Positions 39,617 to 52,549 of a DNA stretch of 64,000 nt are shown here, piece after piece. The DNA is taken from NCBI RefSeq assembly GCF_009914755.1, contig NC_060932.1; one strand, written 5' to 3'. Each line of letters opens with the position of its first letter. Positions within the stretch are counted from its first letter, which is position 1. A model generated the notes under the pieces. That model did no database searches. It worked only from the letters and a program-made list of their open reading frames with translations, and had not been told where the DNA came from. The position numbers were made by a program, and so were the translations under genes. Source of the stretch: the human T2T-CHM13v2.0 reference genome, Homo sapiens.

Positions 39617-41920
39617 TTTATTAGTCCCTTTTCATGCTGCCGATAAAGACATTCTCAAGACTGGGCAACTTACAAAAGAAAGAGGTTTATTTGACTTACA
39701 ATTCCACATGGCTGGGGAGGCTTCACAATCATGGTAGAAGGTGAAAAGCATGTCTCACATTGTGGCAGACAAGGGAAGAGACCTTGCACAGGGAAACACC
39801 CTTTCTTAAAACCATCAGATCTTGTGAGACTTACTCACAATCATGAGAACAGCATGGGAAAGACATACCCCATGATTCAATTATCTACCACCAGGTCCCT
39901 CATACAACATGTGGGAATTCAACATGAGATTTGGGTGGGGACACAACCAAACCATATTATTCTGCCCCTGGCTCCTCCCAAATCCCATATCCTCACATTT
40001 CAAAATCAATCATGCCTTTCCAACAGTCCCCCAAAGTCTTAACTCATTTAAGCATTAACTCAAAAGTTCACAGTCCAAAGTCTCATCCAAGGCAAGACAA
40101 GTCCCTTCCGCCTATGAGCCTGTAAAATCAAAACCAAGTTAGTTACTTCCTAAATACAGTGGGGGTACAGGGATTGGGTAAATACACCCCTTCCAAATGG
40201 GAGAAATTGGCCAAAACAAACGGGCTATGGGCCCCGTGCAAGTCCAAAATCCAGTGGGGCAGTCAAATCTTAGAGCTCCAAAATGATCTCCTTTGACTCC
40301 ATGTCTCATATCCAGGTCACACTGATGCATAAGGTGAGCTTCCATGGCCTTGGGTAGCTCCATCCCTGTGGCTTTGCCAGGTACAGCCCACCTCCCAGCT
40401 GCTTTCACAGGTGGGCATGAGTGTCTATGGCTTTTCCAGTCACAAAATTTAAACTGTCAGTGGATCTACCATTCTGGGGTCTGGAGGACTGTGGCCCTCT
40501 TCTCACAGCTCCACTAGGCAGTGCCCCAGTAGGGATTCTGTGTGGGGGCTGTGATCCAAAATTTCCCTTTTGCACTGCCCTAGTAGAGGTTCTCCATGAG
40601 GGCCCCACCCCTGCAGCAAACTTCTGCCAGGGCATCCAGGCATTTACATATATCTTCTGACATCTAGCTGGAGGTGCCCAAACCCCAATTCTGGACTTCT
40701 GTGCACTCATAGGCTCAATACCACATGGAAGCTGCCAAGGATTGGGGCTTGCACCCTCCAAAGCCATGGCCCAAGCTCTACGTTGGCCCCTTTCAGCCAC
40801 AGCTAGAGCAGCTGGGATGCAGGGCAAGTCCCTGGGCTGCACACAGCGTGGGGACCCTGGAGCAGACCCACGAAACAATTATTATTATTATTTTTTCTAA
40901 ACCTCCAGGCCTATGGTGGAAGGGGTTGCTGCAAAGGTCTCTGACATGCCCTGGAGACATTTTTCCCATTGTCCTGGTGATTAACATTTAGCTCCTCATT
41001 ACTTATGCAAGTTTCTGCAGCAGGCTTGAACTTTTCCTCATAAAATGGGATTTTCTTTTCTATTGCATTGTCAGGCTGCACATTTTCCAAACTTTTATAT
41101 TCTATTTCCCTTATAAAACTGACTGCCTTTAACATCACCCAAATTACTTCTTGAATGCTTTCCTACTTAGAAATTTCTTCTGTCAGATACCCTAAATAAC
41201 CTCTCTCAAGTTCAAAGTTCCACAAATCTCTAGGGCAGGGGCAAAATGCTGCCAGTCTCTTTGCTAAAACATAACAAGAGTCACCTTTGCTCCAGCTCCC
41301 ATCAAGTTCCTCATTTCCATCTGAAAGTACCTCAGCCTGGATTTCATTGTCCATATCATTATCAGCATTTTGGTCAAAGTCATTCAAGTCTCTAGGAAGT
41401 TTCAAATGTTCCCACATTATCCTGTCTTCTTCTGAGCCCTCCAGACTGTTCCAACCTTTGCCTGTTACCCAGTTGCACAGCTGCTTCCAGGTATATTTTC
41501 AGATTTTCAGAAAATCTTTTCAGAAAAGATTCTCATGTATCTTTTCAGCAGTGCCCTATTCTACTGGTACCAGTTTACTGTAGTAATCCATTTGCACGCT
41601 ACTAATAAAGACATACTCGAGACTGGGCAATTTACAAAAGAAGGGTTTATTGGACTTATGGTTCTACATGGCTGGGGAGGCCTCACAATCATGGCAGAAG
41701 TTGAAAGGCACATCTCACATGGCAGCAGACAAGAGAAGAGAGATTGTGCAGGGAAACTCCCCTTTTTAAAACCATCAAATCTCGTGAGACTGACTAACAA
41801 TCATGAGAACAACATGGGAAAAACCTGCCCCCATGATTCAATTACCTCCCCCCAGGTCCCTCCCACAACACGCAGGAATTCAAGATGAAATTTGGGTGAG
41901 GACACAGCCAAACCATATCA
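39617..41920 (-). mobile_element. Complete THE1 MaLR element (THE1A-like): 3' LTR 39617-39959, internal 39960-41578, 5' LTR 41579-41920
   Basis: Two homologous LTRs of about 342 bp, polypurine tract complement ttctgcccctgg at 39960, 5-bp TSD cacac (39612-39616, 41921-41925). Confidence 0.96.
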
Positions 41921-41944
41921 CACACACACACACACACACACACA
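41919..41944. repeat. (CA)13 microsatellite at the THE1 terminus
   Basis: Direct reading. Confidence 0.97.
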
Positions 41945-42996
41945 TTAAGCATTAGTATTCAGAGAACTATTCTGGGACCAATGTCCTAGGTTACAATCCA
42001 AGGCTAGGGAAGGAGATCCTCTACTCTCTGAAAGGGCATAGTAAGGCACAGAACCAATGACTGCTGCAGAGCCTGCCATATGGCTGAACTTCAGGGCTCT
42101 CTGCAGTGACAACCAAGCTTCACGGACACTTGCAGCAACCCTCTCTGTACACTCTGGAAGCTTAATAGCTCTGTGCCTTTAGTGGTTTCCCAGGGTATTC
42201 TCTGCTATATAAAACAATTATTACAGTTTTGACACAACTGGAGAGCAAGCTCTTGATGGAAAACACCAGTAGTAAAGGCAGTGGTGGAGAGATTTCCCAG
42301 AGATTCTCAAGCACATATTGCTCAATACGGTCCATTAGTGGAGAGCTGGATAAGTAGACAACGGAAACCACAGATGCTGCCTAAAATTTGAACCCAAATG
42401 TCACACCACGGCCATGAATTAGTTCTTTATAAAGTTCTTACTTGCCTCCTGAAAATGTGAAAAATGCCAAGAGAGCAAGTTTTTCATAAAGCAAAGTCTA
42501 TACATTTCAAGATATTTTTAGTTTGACATTGAGATAGTCTTTCCTTTTTGGGAGGGAGCAGATATTAATTGAAATATTTTCAACTCATAAAATTTTAACA
42601 ATTATAGCTGGTACGTTGTTTTAATTTTTAAATACTCTTAACGAGAAAATTTTCAAAGTTTTTAACCACATTATAACAACACTTTTCAAAAAAGGTATGA
42701 AATATGATTCAGGTTGCTTAATAAACACTATATATAATTATTTTAATAAATACTAAATGTTAATAATTGATGCTTTTATAACATTACATTTTTACTTTAA
42801 ATATTTTCACACTTTTTCATATACATATTCAGCTGTTTATATTAAAAATGCATTCAGTTAATTAAAATTCTAACTGAAATATTATAGAATCCAATATTCA
42901 GCAATGTCACTTATAGAGATGTAACTTAGTAACTTTTTTAAAAAATATAAAAACAAATATTTGCAATGTTCTTAATAAAAATTATATAAATTAATA

Positions 42997-43308
42997 TAGT
43001 CATGTGCTCCATAATGATGATTCAGTCAATGATGGACTGCATATACAATGGTGGTCCCATAAGATTATAATACTATATTTTTACCGTACCTTTTCTATAT
43101 TTAGATATACTAATACTTACTATTTTGGCACAAATGCCTACAGTATTCAATACAGTGACATGCTGTACAGATTTCTAGCCTAGGAGATATAGGATATGCC
43201 ATATAGACTAAATATCATCTAGTTTTGCATAAGTACACTCTATGATGTTTGCACAATGATGGAATTGTCTAATGGCACATTTCTCCACTGTCAACCAACG
43301 CATGACTG
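42997..43308 (+). mobile_element. Tigger3a/MER7A MITE
   Basis: Terminal inverted repeats (t)agtcatgtg and cgcatgactg, TA on both sides, ggtggtcccataagattataatac core. Confidence 0.92.
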
Positions 43309-43372
43309 TAGTGTTACTTTGGAAAAATATCAACTTATATTTTCCTGAGTAAATGCATATTTTCAAGAATAA

Positions 43373-43739
<367 letters not shown>

Positions 43740-44004
43740 TTAGCATTATTTTTTTCTGAAGATTAGCACATTAAGTAGAAATAAATTTTTACCTTCAAAA
43801 ACTTGTATATATTGAGATGTATTCAAAATAAATTTTCTATATAATTTTAAAGATATGTTTCCCAAGAGAGATTCTTTGAAAGTGTATTAAGTGATGCGAC
43901 TATTTTGTCCCTGCATTAACAGTAAGTTATTTTTTCTCACAATCTGTTTACATTTCACTTTACTGACATTTAAAATCTTCTCCTTTGTTGGTATTACCTT
44001 TTAA

Positions 44005-44228
44005 AATTATTTATTTTAAAAACTGACAAATAAAAAGTATCTATATATATATTTATAATGCATAACATGATTTAATTGAAATTTTGTAACCATCTCCCCA
44101 GTCTGCCCACCCACCCCAACTCCAGCCCTTGGTAACCACTGTTCTAATCTCTACTTCTATGAGTTCGACTTACTTAGATTCTATATATAAGTGAGATCGT
44201 GCAATATTTGTCCTTCCATGTCTGGTAT
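44005..44228 (-). mobile_element. L1MA 3' fragment
   Basis: cagcccttggtaaccactgttctaatctctacttctatgagttc...tataagtgagatcgtgcaatatttgtcc. Confidence 0.85.
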
Positions 44229-44580
44229 TAGCATTTAAACTTTTTGTTTTCTTGAATGTGTTTCATACTTTGTCCAGGAATTGTCTTTCTCTACAGCTTT
44301 TATGTTACATCAGGAAATTAAGCATGCTTATTGTTCTCATTATTGCCTGTCAGTTTACTATAAGTGGCAGAACTGCATAAATTGGAAATAAGAGATTTAG
44401 ATATCTTTATCGATTTTTGTTTCTTACATATTTTCTCTATGAACCCACACATTCTTCAATAGAGATTATGACATTTTCTGTATCATAACAAAGCAGTCTT
44501 AAAATAATAAGAGACAGAAATTCAGACACTTCAAGTTCATTTTTAATCCTTTATTTTTGTTTTTTCTTCCACTGTTACAG

Positions 44581-45147
44581 GATGTGGAAAGAAAAGCAGT
44601 CTTTGTAGTGACAAAGCTGACCAATGTACCCGTAGGGAAAAGACTCGTTTTCTTCAAGACTGAAAAAGGCAGATTTTGAAATTTTAACTGTAGGTGTAAA
44701 ATTTATAATTAACCTCTAGAAATAAGCTTTAATCTCTGATCAGTGACAGTGAAATACACTGTGCAATACTGACTATGGCATAGCTTTATATACCAATACA
44801 TTTATTCTTTTTTAATTTGATATTTAAATCAAGAGGGATTTAAGCAATATGCAAGGGCTAATTACTTGGGGCTGCAAATGTGTAAGAGTCAATAATGACA
44901 GAAAATAGTTTTCACTTTTAGCTTAAATCTGCAAATCCATTCTTTTCACCCATTCAGGCACTAAAATGAAAATCCCTTTGTACAATTCTTCAAAAAAGCA
45001 TTTGGAAGTTACAAAATTCAGAAGAAGATATCATAAATGAACCAGAGATTCCAAATATCATGGAAAAATTATGTTCATTCAGATCAGATTAATTTCAGTT
45101 CAAATTAATATTTGTAATTCTTATCTGCACTGAAAAATTCCAATAAA
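44581..45147 (+). other. Candidate terminal exon (end uncertain)
   Basis: Long pyrimidine tract and acceptor ttttgtttttttcttccactgttacag ending at 44580; stops at 44606, 44661 or 44677 depending on frame; AATACA at 44795-44800 and AATAAA at 45142-45147. Confidence 0.5.
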
Positions 45148-45489
45148 TATAGAGTTCCATGTTTGATAAAAATCTTCCTATAATATAGCCAACACTGAAC
45201 TACCAGGCTCAGTGGATTTCAGATGGAAATCCAAAAAGTGAAGTCATATATATGTTTGAATATATATAATATATATATTCCTTCCAAACAACCAATCCAA
45301 TGATGCATCAAAAAATTAACGTATCGTGATCAAATGGAAGTTTAAGTGTGGTTCATTGCATTTTTGTATTTAGCCTATTTATATCTGTAGTGTATTTTCC
45401 TACAGTGTTTTCTGTCTCTTTCTAACAACATGATATGTATTAGTTGAGTAGGAGTGTTTAGACAAATTAGATAAATATTTATTATATAT

Positions 45490-46410
45490 AAACAGGTTAT
45501 TCACAAAAGAAACAAATTAGAGAAAGATAACCCTCTCTAGTAATAAAAACACAAAAATAATGCAACAATGAGAAATCACTTTTTACTCATTAGGTTAGGA
45601 AAAATTAAAAAGCAAAATGATATCAATTACTCATGTGGATGCATAGAAGCAATCTCATCATGCACTGCTGACGAGAATGTAAATTGCTACACCTTTCCCA
45701 AGAATTTAGACAATGCACATTAAAATGTAAAATCACAAATCCAACCAAATACAAAATTTAAAAAATTTTAAACAACAGTTCACAACAGAAGAAACCTGAA
45801 TAGCAAAAAACTTGTGAAAAAGTACTGGGAGTATAAATTGTGAAAATCAGTTTAGAGAGCAATCTGAAGTTATCTAGTGACATTGGGTATGCACCTACAA
45901 TTCTATCTTTATGTATACACTAGAAAAAGGAACAAATTCAACAAACGGTGAATACAAGAAACTTTGTAGTGATACTGTTTGTAACAGTGAAAAACATGAA
46001 AGCAGCCTAAATACGTATTAACAGGAGAGTAGATAAATAAATTGTAGATAAAAACCTACAATGAAATACTTTATACCTCTGAAATGAAACCACTAAATTG
46101 TAAAATTGTAACAGTGAAACAAAGTTGTCGAAGGCATCGTACTATGGCATGTATATAAATTTTGTATAAACTTTTAGAAGAATTAATTAGGGTAATATAT
46201 TGTTTATGGACAATACATATAGTGTAAAAGTAGACAAACATACAGAAATTAAGCACACAGCATTCAGGATAGGAGTGAACTCTGAAAAAGAAATGGAGAA
46301 AGATGGAATCAGAGAATATCTATGTTTGCAATATAGTCTTATCTTAAGCTGTGTGGTCAGTGTATGAGTGTTTGCTGTTTGAATATACCATTTGTTAATG
46401 TCTAGAATAT
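45490..46410 (+). mobile_element. L1ME 3' remnants
   Basis: caacaatgagaaatcac...gagaatgtaaattgctacacc; acaggagagtagataaataaattgtag...caatgaaatact. Confidence 0.75.
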
Positions 46411-47439
46411 TTACTGTAACCAAGAAGATGGGATTTTAATTTCTGGCAACAGGCCAAACTAGACATTCAGAGCAATGTCTTTAGGTGTAGCACATGTAAA
46501 ATCAATGAAGAAATAATATTGTGCGTTAAATATTAAGTTTATAGCTGAGCTGGTATAGAAGAAAGAAATTTCCTGGAGGTCAGAAACATAGAACATGAGA
46601 ACCCAGAAGGGCAAGGGAGCACTGGAGTCATTGTTTGTCCAGGTTTTGCCTGCAGATCCCTGCATTTAGAAAGCCTCCGACAGAGGCAGGAGACAGAACC
46701 TGCAGCCTGAGCAGGATGAGAGGGTGAATTGCCCATCACAGCATAAAATGAAAACTCCTGAAGGGTTAGACTCAAGGGGTAATCTAGAGAAAACTAACAC
46801 AAAAAGAGTGGAAGTGTGCATCACTGCCTCTTCCAGGCTTGGCCAAGTAGAGCAGAAGAAAAGCAAAACATTCTCTGAGGTTTTCTAACCACAAATCTGT
46901 ACTCATAAAGGTTTATGGTTGGGAATATAACTAACTGTGTATTCCAGTTACCATAATACAATTTTTAATGCTGCTTTCAGATTGTTAGTGCAACCAGGTA
47001 ACTGGTAGAAGTAAAAGAAATTCCTCTCTAGAGAAAAGCATTTTAAGTAAAGACCTCAAACAAATTCCTACAAAGAAAACTCCAAGTATCATGAGTTCAT
47101 ATTAAAAAATCACTAAGACAGATGTGGAAATAAAAACACCATGAGCAATGTTATTCTGCCCTTAGCCAAGGGCTAAGTAAGGGTTTCTGGGGCCCTCAGC
47201 TTCTATTCAGTGGGAGTAAACTGCACCTCCAGCAGCCGCACTCTCAAATAACAAATACCTGGCTTTCCCAGACCACATTAACACGTGACAATAAGGAGGG
47301 TCCCAAACGCGCCAGTCATCCCTGTGGTAATCAGAGGCATACCACCACAGCATGACTTGATGGCGTCAGAACTAATCTTATTCTTCCATTAGCCTTCCCC
47401 TGTCATTCATCTCAAGGATCCCTAGACTCTCAAGTTCCC

Positions 47440-49785
47440 TGTCTCCACTGTAAACTCTATAATTCTCTGTATATCTCTTGCCAGGCCTCCCTCTCCCATC
47501 CTGCCTCAATTCTGTGCTTTTTTGGAAGGCATAATCTGCCTTTAACAAAATCTACTCCATCATTAACTTTCCTTGATCTTTCTCTTCAAAATTTCGCTCC
47601 AACAGGAGCCTTGAGGATACTCCTTCCCCACTGTCATCTCTTGAGGTGGTTGTTGCTGTTGTTTTCCTTGAAAACCTTTGTACCTTAAGATTGTAAGGAT
47701 GTTCTCCTTGCTCCTCACTGCTGCTTCCAAATCATGTTTCCCTTCCTCTTGAAATCCTCTCAGCTCTAAATTCCCTGCTATCAGACTTTATAAATTTTTT
47801 TTAATGTCACCACCAAAAGAGAACTTCTCCAGATGCCCACAATCACAGTTTCACCTATAGGCCCATCTTTTGCTTTAAGTGAACTAATCCTGCTCCAACC
47901 TAAAGCTGATCGATCATTCCTGTTGCAGTAAAGTGCTAAGTCTCTTCCCTTACTGCCTTTACAGGGAGCTCCAGTAAACTTCCTTCTCTCTGTCCTACTC
48001 CTACATCTTTCTTTTTTCTCTCTTTCTATTTAGCCAAACAAACATGCTCTCATTTATTTCATCTCAAACACAAGACAAAATACAAATCTTTTTATTCCAT
48101 TTTTTTTTTTTTTGCTGGATACTGCCCTATTTCTCTGTCCATTTAGAGTCAAAACTCCTCTAACAAGTTGTCAATTCTCGTCTTTTCTCCCAATATCTCT
48201 TTCTCTCTCACACACACAGAGAGAAGCATACATACATCCAATTCTGTTTTATCCCTGCTTCTGCATTATAAAATACAATAAAGAATGAATTTCATTCTTA
48301 ACAATGACATTTGACACAATTTCTCACTCCTTCTCTTTTGAAAAGCTCTCTGTACTTGCCCTTGAGGACAACACATTCTCCTGCAGTCCTTCCTGCCTCA
48401 GTGACTTCTCCTTCCTAGGCTGCTCTGTCAGTTCTTTCTCTGCCCTTCAGTTTCTTCATGTTGCACAAATGAGCCTTCTTGCCCTTCTCTTTTTGATTCC
48501 CATCCACTTCCTTGGTAATCTCATTCAGGCTTATGACTTTAATGCCTTTTATATGTCAAGGACTTCCAAGTTTATATCCACAACCTATGTTTTTCTCCTG
48601 AACTCCAGAAACATCCAATTGGATCCAGATATCCAATCCTACTCAACGTTTCCACTTGTATGTCTAGCAGAAATTGCAATCATAACAGTCTCCAAATTGA
48701 CATTTTTTTTTCCTTCCAGGAATTTTATTTTTAATTTTTTTTATTTCCCTAGGTTATTGAGGAACAGGTGGTGTTTGGTTACATGAGTAAGTTCTTTAGT
48801 GGTGATTTGTGAGATTTTGGTGCACCCATCATCCAAGCAGTATACACTGCACCAAATTTGTAGTCTTTCATCCCTCACCCCTTTCTCATCCTTTCCCCCT
48901 GTGTCCCCAAAGTCCATTGTGCATTACTTCTTAATAATCTACCTCCCTACACACTGTACATGCTCTACCCACAGTACTCGCTCCATCTTTGTTTACAGAA
49001 CCTCCATACTTTCAGTTACTTAGGCCCCAAATCTTGGAATAATCTTTTATGCCTCTTGGTATGTCAGAGTTCACTTCTATTAGCCCAAAATACCAGGATC
49101 CAAATACTTCTTACCACTTCCAATACTAAGGTATCAATATTTGTTATTTGAATTATTATAAGGCTCCTAAAGTATCTAGTTCTATCACTGCCCCTTTTTG
49201 GGTGACTATCTGAATATCAGCTATAAAGACTTTTTAAAACATGAATCAGATCATGTCTTCCAATGTTCAAAATCTTCCAGTGGCTTCCTATTTGACTCAC
49301 AATGAAAAACAAAATTTTACCTGAATCCTGGTCCTTTTCTGACTTTATCTCATACAACTCTCCCTGCTTGCTTCCTATACTTTAGTCATGCTGGTCTTCT
49401 GTTCCTCAAACGTGGCTTAGGATTTTTTCACTATCTATTCCTTTATCTTGAACTCTCTTCTTCCAGATATCAATTGTGAGATCCCCTAATGTCCTTCCGG
49501 TAAGACTTCTTCTCTCAGAACCTTATCTAAAATTGCAGCCCAGCTCAAACCCTACCAGCACTCTCAGTCCTGCTTTCTCTGCTATTTGCTTTCTGTTACA
49601 GAACTTATTGTCTGCTAATATAAAATTATGTATTGTTTTCCTCCCTTTACTGGCTTGTTAGCTCCATGAAGGCATGAACTTTCATATTTTATTCTTTGCT
49701 AATGTTTTCCAAGTGCCTAGACAAGAGCCTGGTACAAGGAAGGTGCTTGGATTTATTAAATTATTATTTAATAATTTACTGAATG
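47440..49785 (+). mobile_element. Long L2 remnant
   Basis: Endonuclease-region remnant (gaggatactccttcccc...ggtggttg), atcagatcatgtc...cttccagtggcttcc, 3' end agctccatgaaggca...gcctggtacaaggaaggtgct. Confidence 0.85.
48722..48922 (-). mobile_element. L1PB 3' end fragment
   Basis: gaacaggtggtgtttggttacatgagtaagttctttagtggtgatttgtgagattttggtgcacccatc. Confidence 0.9.
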
Positions 49786-49798
49786 AAAATTATTAAAA

Positions 49799-50007
49799 GG
49801 ATACAATTATAGAATATGAAAATAATCAGTTTAAAATAAGAAATAGAAGATGGCATTAAAATATGACAAAGAAAAACTCGATTGACAAAATTGACAAGAC
49901 ATTTGAAAATGAAACCTAAGAGACACTCAGAAAAAAATCCCAAATATTGTAGTAAAAACTAATTGGATATACTAATCTAGAATTTAGAAAGAGATGAAAA
50001 GAGAAAA
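49799..50007 (+). repeat. Inverted repeat pair B, donor copy (209 bp)
   Basis: Reverse complement of 52201-52412; one substitution and two small indels. Confidence 0.98.
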
Positions 50008-50508
50008 TTGGGCAGGAAGCAGAGGTGAGAAAATTACTTAAGTGGCATCAAAAATGACAAGGAAGGAGGAACTATGTGAGAGAGCTCAGGTGATGCAGAA
50101 GCTGGAGGAATACGTCTGGGATAGGCCTCATGGAAATTCCAGAAGAAGATACAGCATAAAGAAGGAGAGCAGAGATACATGATGAGAATTTTCAGCACTG
50201 ATGTAGATATTAGCCCTAATATATAGAAAGCTCAGTGGATTCTAAGCTGAATAAATAAAAAGGGATTCAAACCTAGCCACATCAGAGTGACACTTAAGAA
50301 TGACAAGAATAAAAAATTTAAATAGATACAGAAGAAAAATGTAGATTTGCTTAAAGGTAATGATAACTAGACTAAGAGGAGACTAATCAATATTTAATAT
50401 GAATAAAATAGCAGTGAATAGAATTCTATACCCAGTAAAACTATCTTTTGAGAATAAGGGCATAATAAAGGAACTTTCAGACATGTAATAATTGAGATAG
50501 TTGACTAC

Positions 50509-50964
50509 TGTATTATTTTCCTGGGGCTGCTGTAATGAAGTACCACAGACCAGGTGGCTTAAAACAACAAAAACTCATTGTCTCAGGGTTTTGGAGGATA
50601 GAATTCAAAATTCAAGGTGTTCACAGGGCTATGCTCTATCTGAAACCTGGAGGGGAGAACCTAGGGAGAACCTTGCCTCTTCCTTGCTCCTGATGGTTTG
50701 CCAGCAGTCTTTCCCATTTCTTGGCTTGTAGCTGCATAATGTGCATCTGTATCTCCATCAACACATGGTATCTCCCCGTGTGTGTGTGTGTGTGTCTGTG
50801 TGTGTGTGTGTGTGTCGTGTCTCCTCTTCTTATGAGGAACCAGTCATATTGGATTAAGGACTTATCTGACTACATTATGGCCTTATATTAACTAATTACA
50901 TCTGAGATAATACTGGTTACATCTTTCACATATCTTTTTGTGAGATACAATTCCAACCATAACA
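50509..50964 (-). mobile_element. MLT1B/C solo LTR containing a (TG)n tract at about 50778-50815
   Basis: TG...CA termini, 5-bp TSD actac (50504-50508, 50965-50969). Confidence 0.92.
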
Positions 50965-51430
50965 ACTACTAAACTTCTTCTAAATGATATAAGAAAATAA
51001 GGATAGAATATCTAAGATGCAGGAAGAATTGAGGGGTAAGAAAGAAGCACTGAGTATATACAAAAGAACAACAATATGTAACCGAAATCATAGACATTAT
51101 TGGCATATGAGTCAGGAGAGAAATAATCAGATTTTAAGTACTAGTATTGAAAATCCTAGTATCATTTGAAAGAAGAGAAACTATATTAATAACATTAGAT
51201 ATTGTTGAGGTAAATGTGCATGTAGAAAGTTTGAAGATGGCCATATAAAAATACAAACCAAATATGTAGCTTCCAATTTAGTAGAGAGGAAGGAAATAGC
51301 ATTAGAAGAAAAATAAATGAACAAACCAACAAACTCAATCCAAATAATTAAGAAAGAAGAGAATAAATATAAAGAAAATGAGAAAAAGTAATTAAAAAGA
51401 AATGCTAATTAGAAGACAGAAATGTGTCCA

Positions 51431-51737
51431 GGCCAGGCACAGTGGCTCGCACTTGTAATCCCAGCACTTTGAGAATCCCGTGGCAGGTGGATTTCTTGAG
51501 CCCAGGAGGTCAAGACCAGCCTGGGCAATATAGTGAAACCCTGTCTCTACGAAGAAAAAAAAAAAAAGGCTTGTCTGTCCTATAGTCCCAGCTACTCAGG
51601 AGGCTGAGGTGAAAGGATCACCTGAGTCCAGAAGGTTGAGGCTACAGTGAGCCAGGATAATGCCACTGCACTCTAACCTGGGTGATGGAGTGAGAAGCTA
51701 TCCGCCCCCCCAAAAAAAGAAAGAAAAAGAAAAAAAA
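51431..51737 (+). mobile_element. AluJ
   Basis: cttgagcccaggag, gaggctacagtgagc (J-type); TSD agaaatgtgtcca at 51418-51430 and 51738-51750. Confidence 0.93.
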
Positions 51738-52147
51738 AGAAATGTGTCCAAATGTGTCAATAATGATGTGTGATGGTTAAAACTGAGTGCCAAATTGATT
51801 GGATTGCAGGATGCAAAGTATTGATCCTGGGTGTGTCTGTGAGGGTGTTGCCAAAGGAGATTAACATTTGAATCAGTGGGCTGGGAAAGGCTGACCCACC
51901 CTTAATCTGGGTGGGCACCATCTGATCAGCTGCCAGCATGGATAGAATATAAAGCAGGCAGAAAAATGTGAAAAGACCAGACTGGCCTAGCCTCCCAGCC
52001 TATATCTCTCTCATGCTGGATGCTTCCTCCCCTTAACATCGGACTGCAAGTTCTTCAGTTTGGGGACTTAGACTGCCTCTCCATGCTCCTCAGTTTCCAG
52101 ATGGCCTATTCTGGGACCTTGTATTATGTAAGTTAATACTTAATAAA

Positions 52148-52150
<3 letters not shown>

Positions 52151-52194
<44 letters not shown>
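52151..52194. repeat. (AT)22 microsatellite, resuming as (AT)7 at 52413-52426
   Basis: Direct reading. Confidence 0.97.
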
Positions 52195-52197
<3 letters not shown>

Positions 52198-52200
52198 CTC

Positions 52201-52412
52201 TTTTCTCTTTTCATCTCTTTCTAAATTCCAGATTAGTATATCCAATTAGTTTTTACTACAATATTTGGGATTTTTTTCTGAGTGTCTCTTAGGTTTCATT
52301 TTCAAATGTCTTGTCAATTTTGTCAATCGAGTTTTTCTTTGTCATATTTTAATGCCATCTTTATTTCTTAAATATTTTAAACTGATTATTTTCATATTCT
52401 ATAATTGTATCC
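52201..52412 (-). repeat. Inverted repeat pair B, inserted copy
   Basis: ttttctcttttcatctctttctaaatt...tattctataattgtatcc is the reverse complement of 49799-50007. Confidence 0.98.
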
Positions 52413-52549
52413 ATATATATATATATGAGTTCTGTCCCTCTAGAGAACCCTAACCAATACTGATTTTCATACCAGGACTGGCTCTAGAGGAACAGAATAT
52501 TAAGAATGGTGTTCTTTCATTGGCTTGGGGGTTTCTGGAGTTGGCTGCT

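Larger units (their letters stand above)
51769..52461 (+). mobile_element. MLT2A (HERV-L) 5' LTR carrying a foreign insertion of about 220 bp
   Basis: tgtgatggttaa...tgattggattg...gtattgatcctgggtgtgtctgtgagggtgttgccaaaggag; ends gttctgtccctctagagaaccct. Confidence 0.95.

Noticed and set aside
39731-41888. Dense overlapping ORFs up to 157 aa
   Set aside because: All lie within the THE1 element; fragmentary and without host-gene features.
47149-47360. GC-richer segment with a small hairpin cttagcc-aag-ggctaag
   Set aside because: May be an LTR fragment, but I could not assign a family or TSD, and a 7-bp stem is expected by chance.
48304-48786. 160-aa ORF
   Set aside because: Runs through a pyrimidine-rich L2 remnant into an L1PB fragment; chance open frame.
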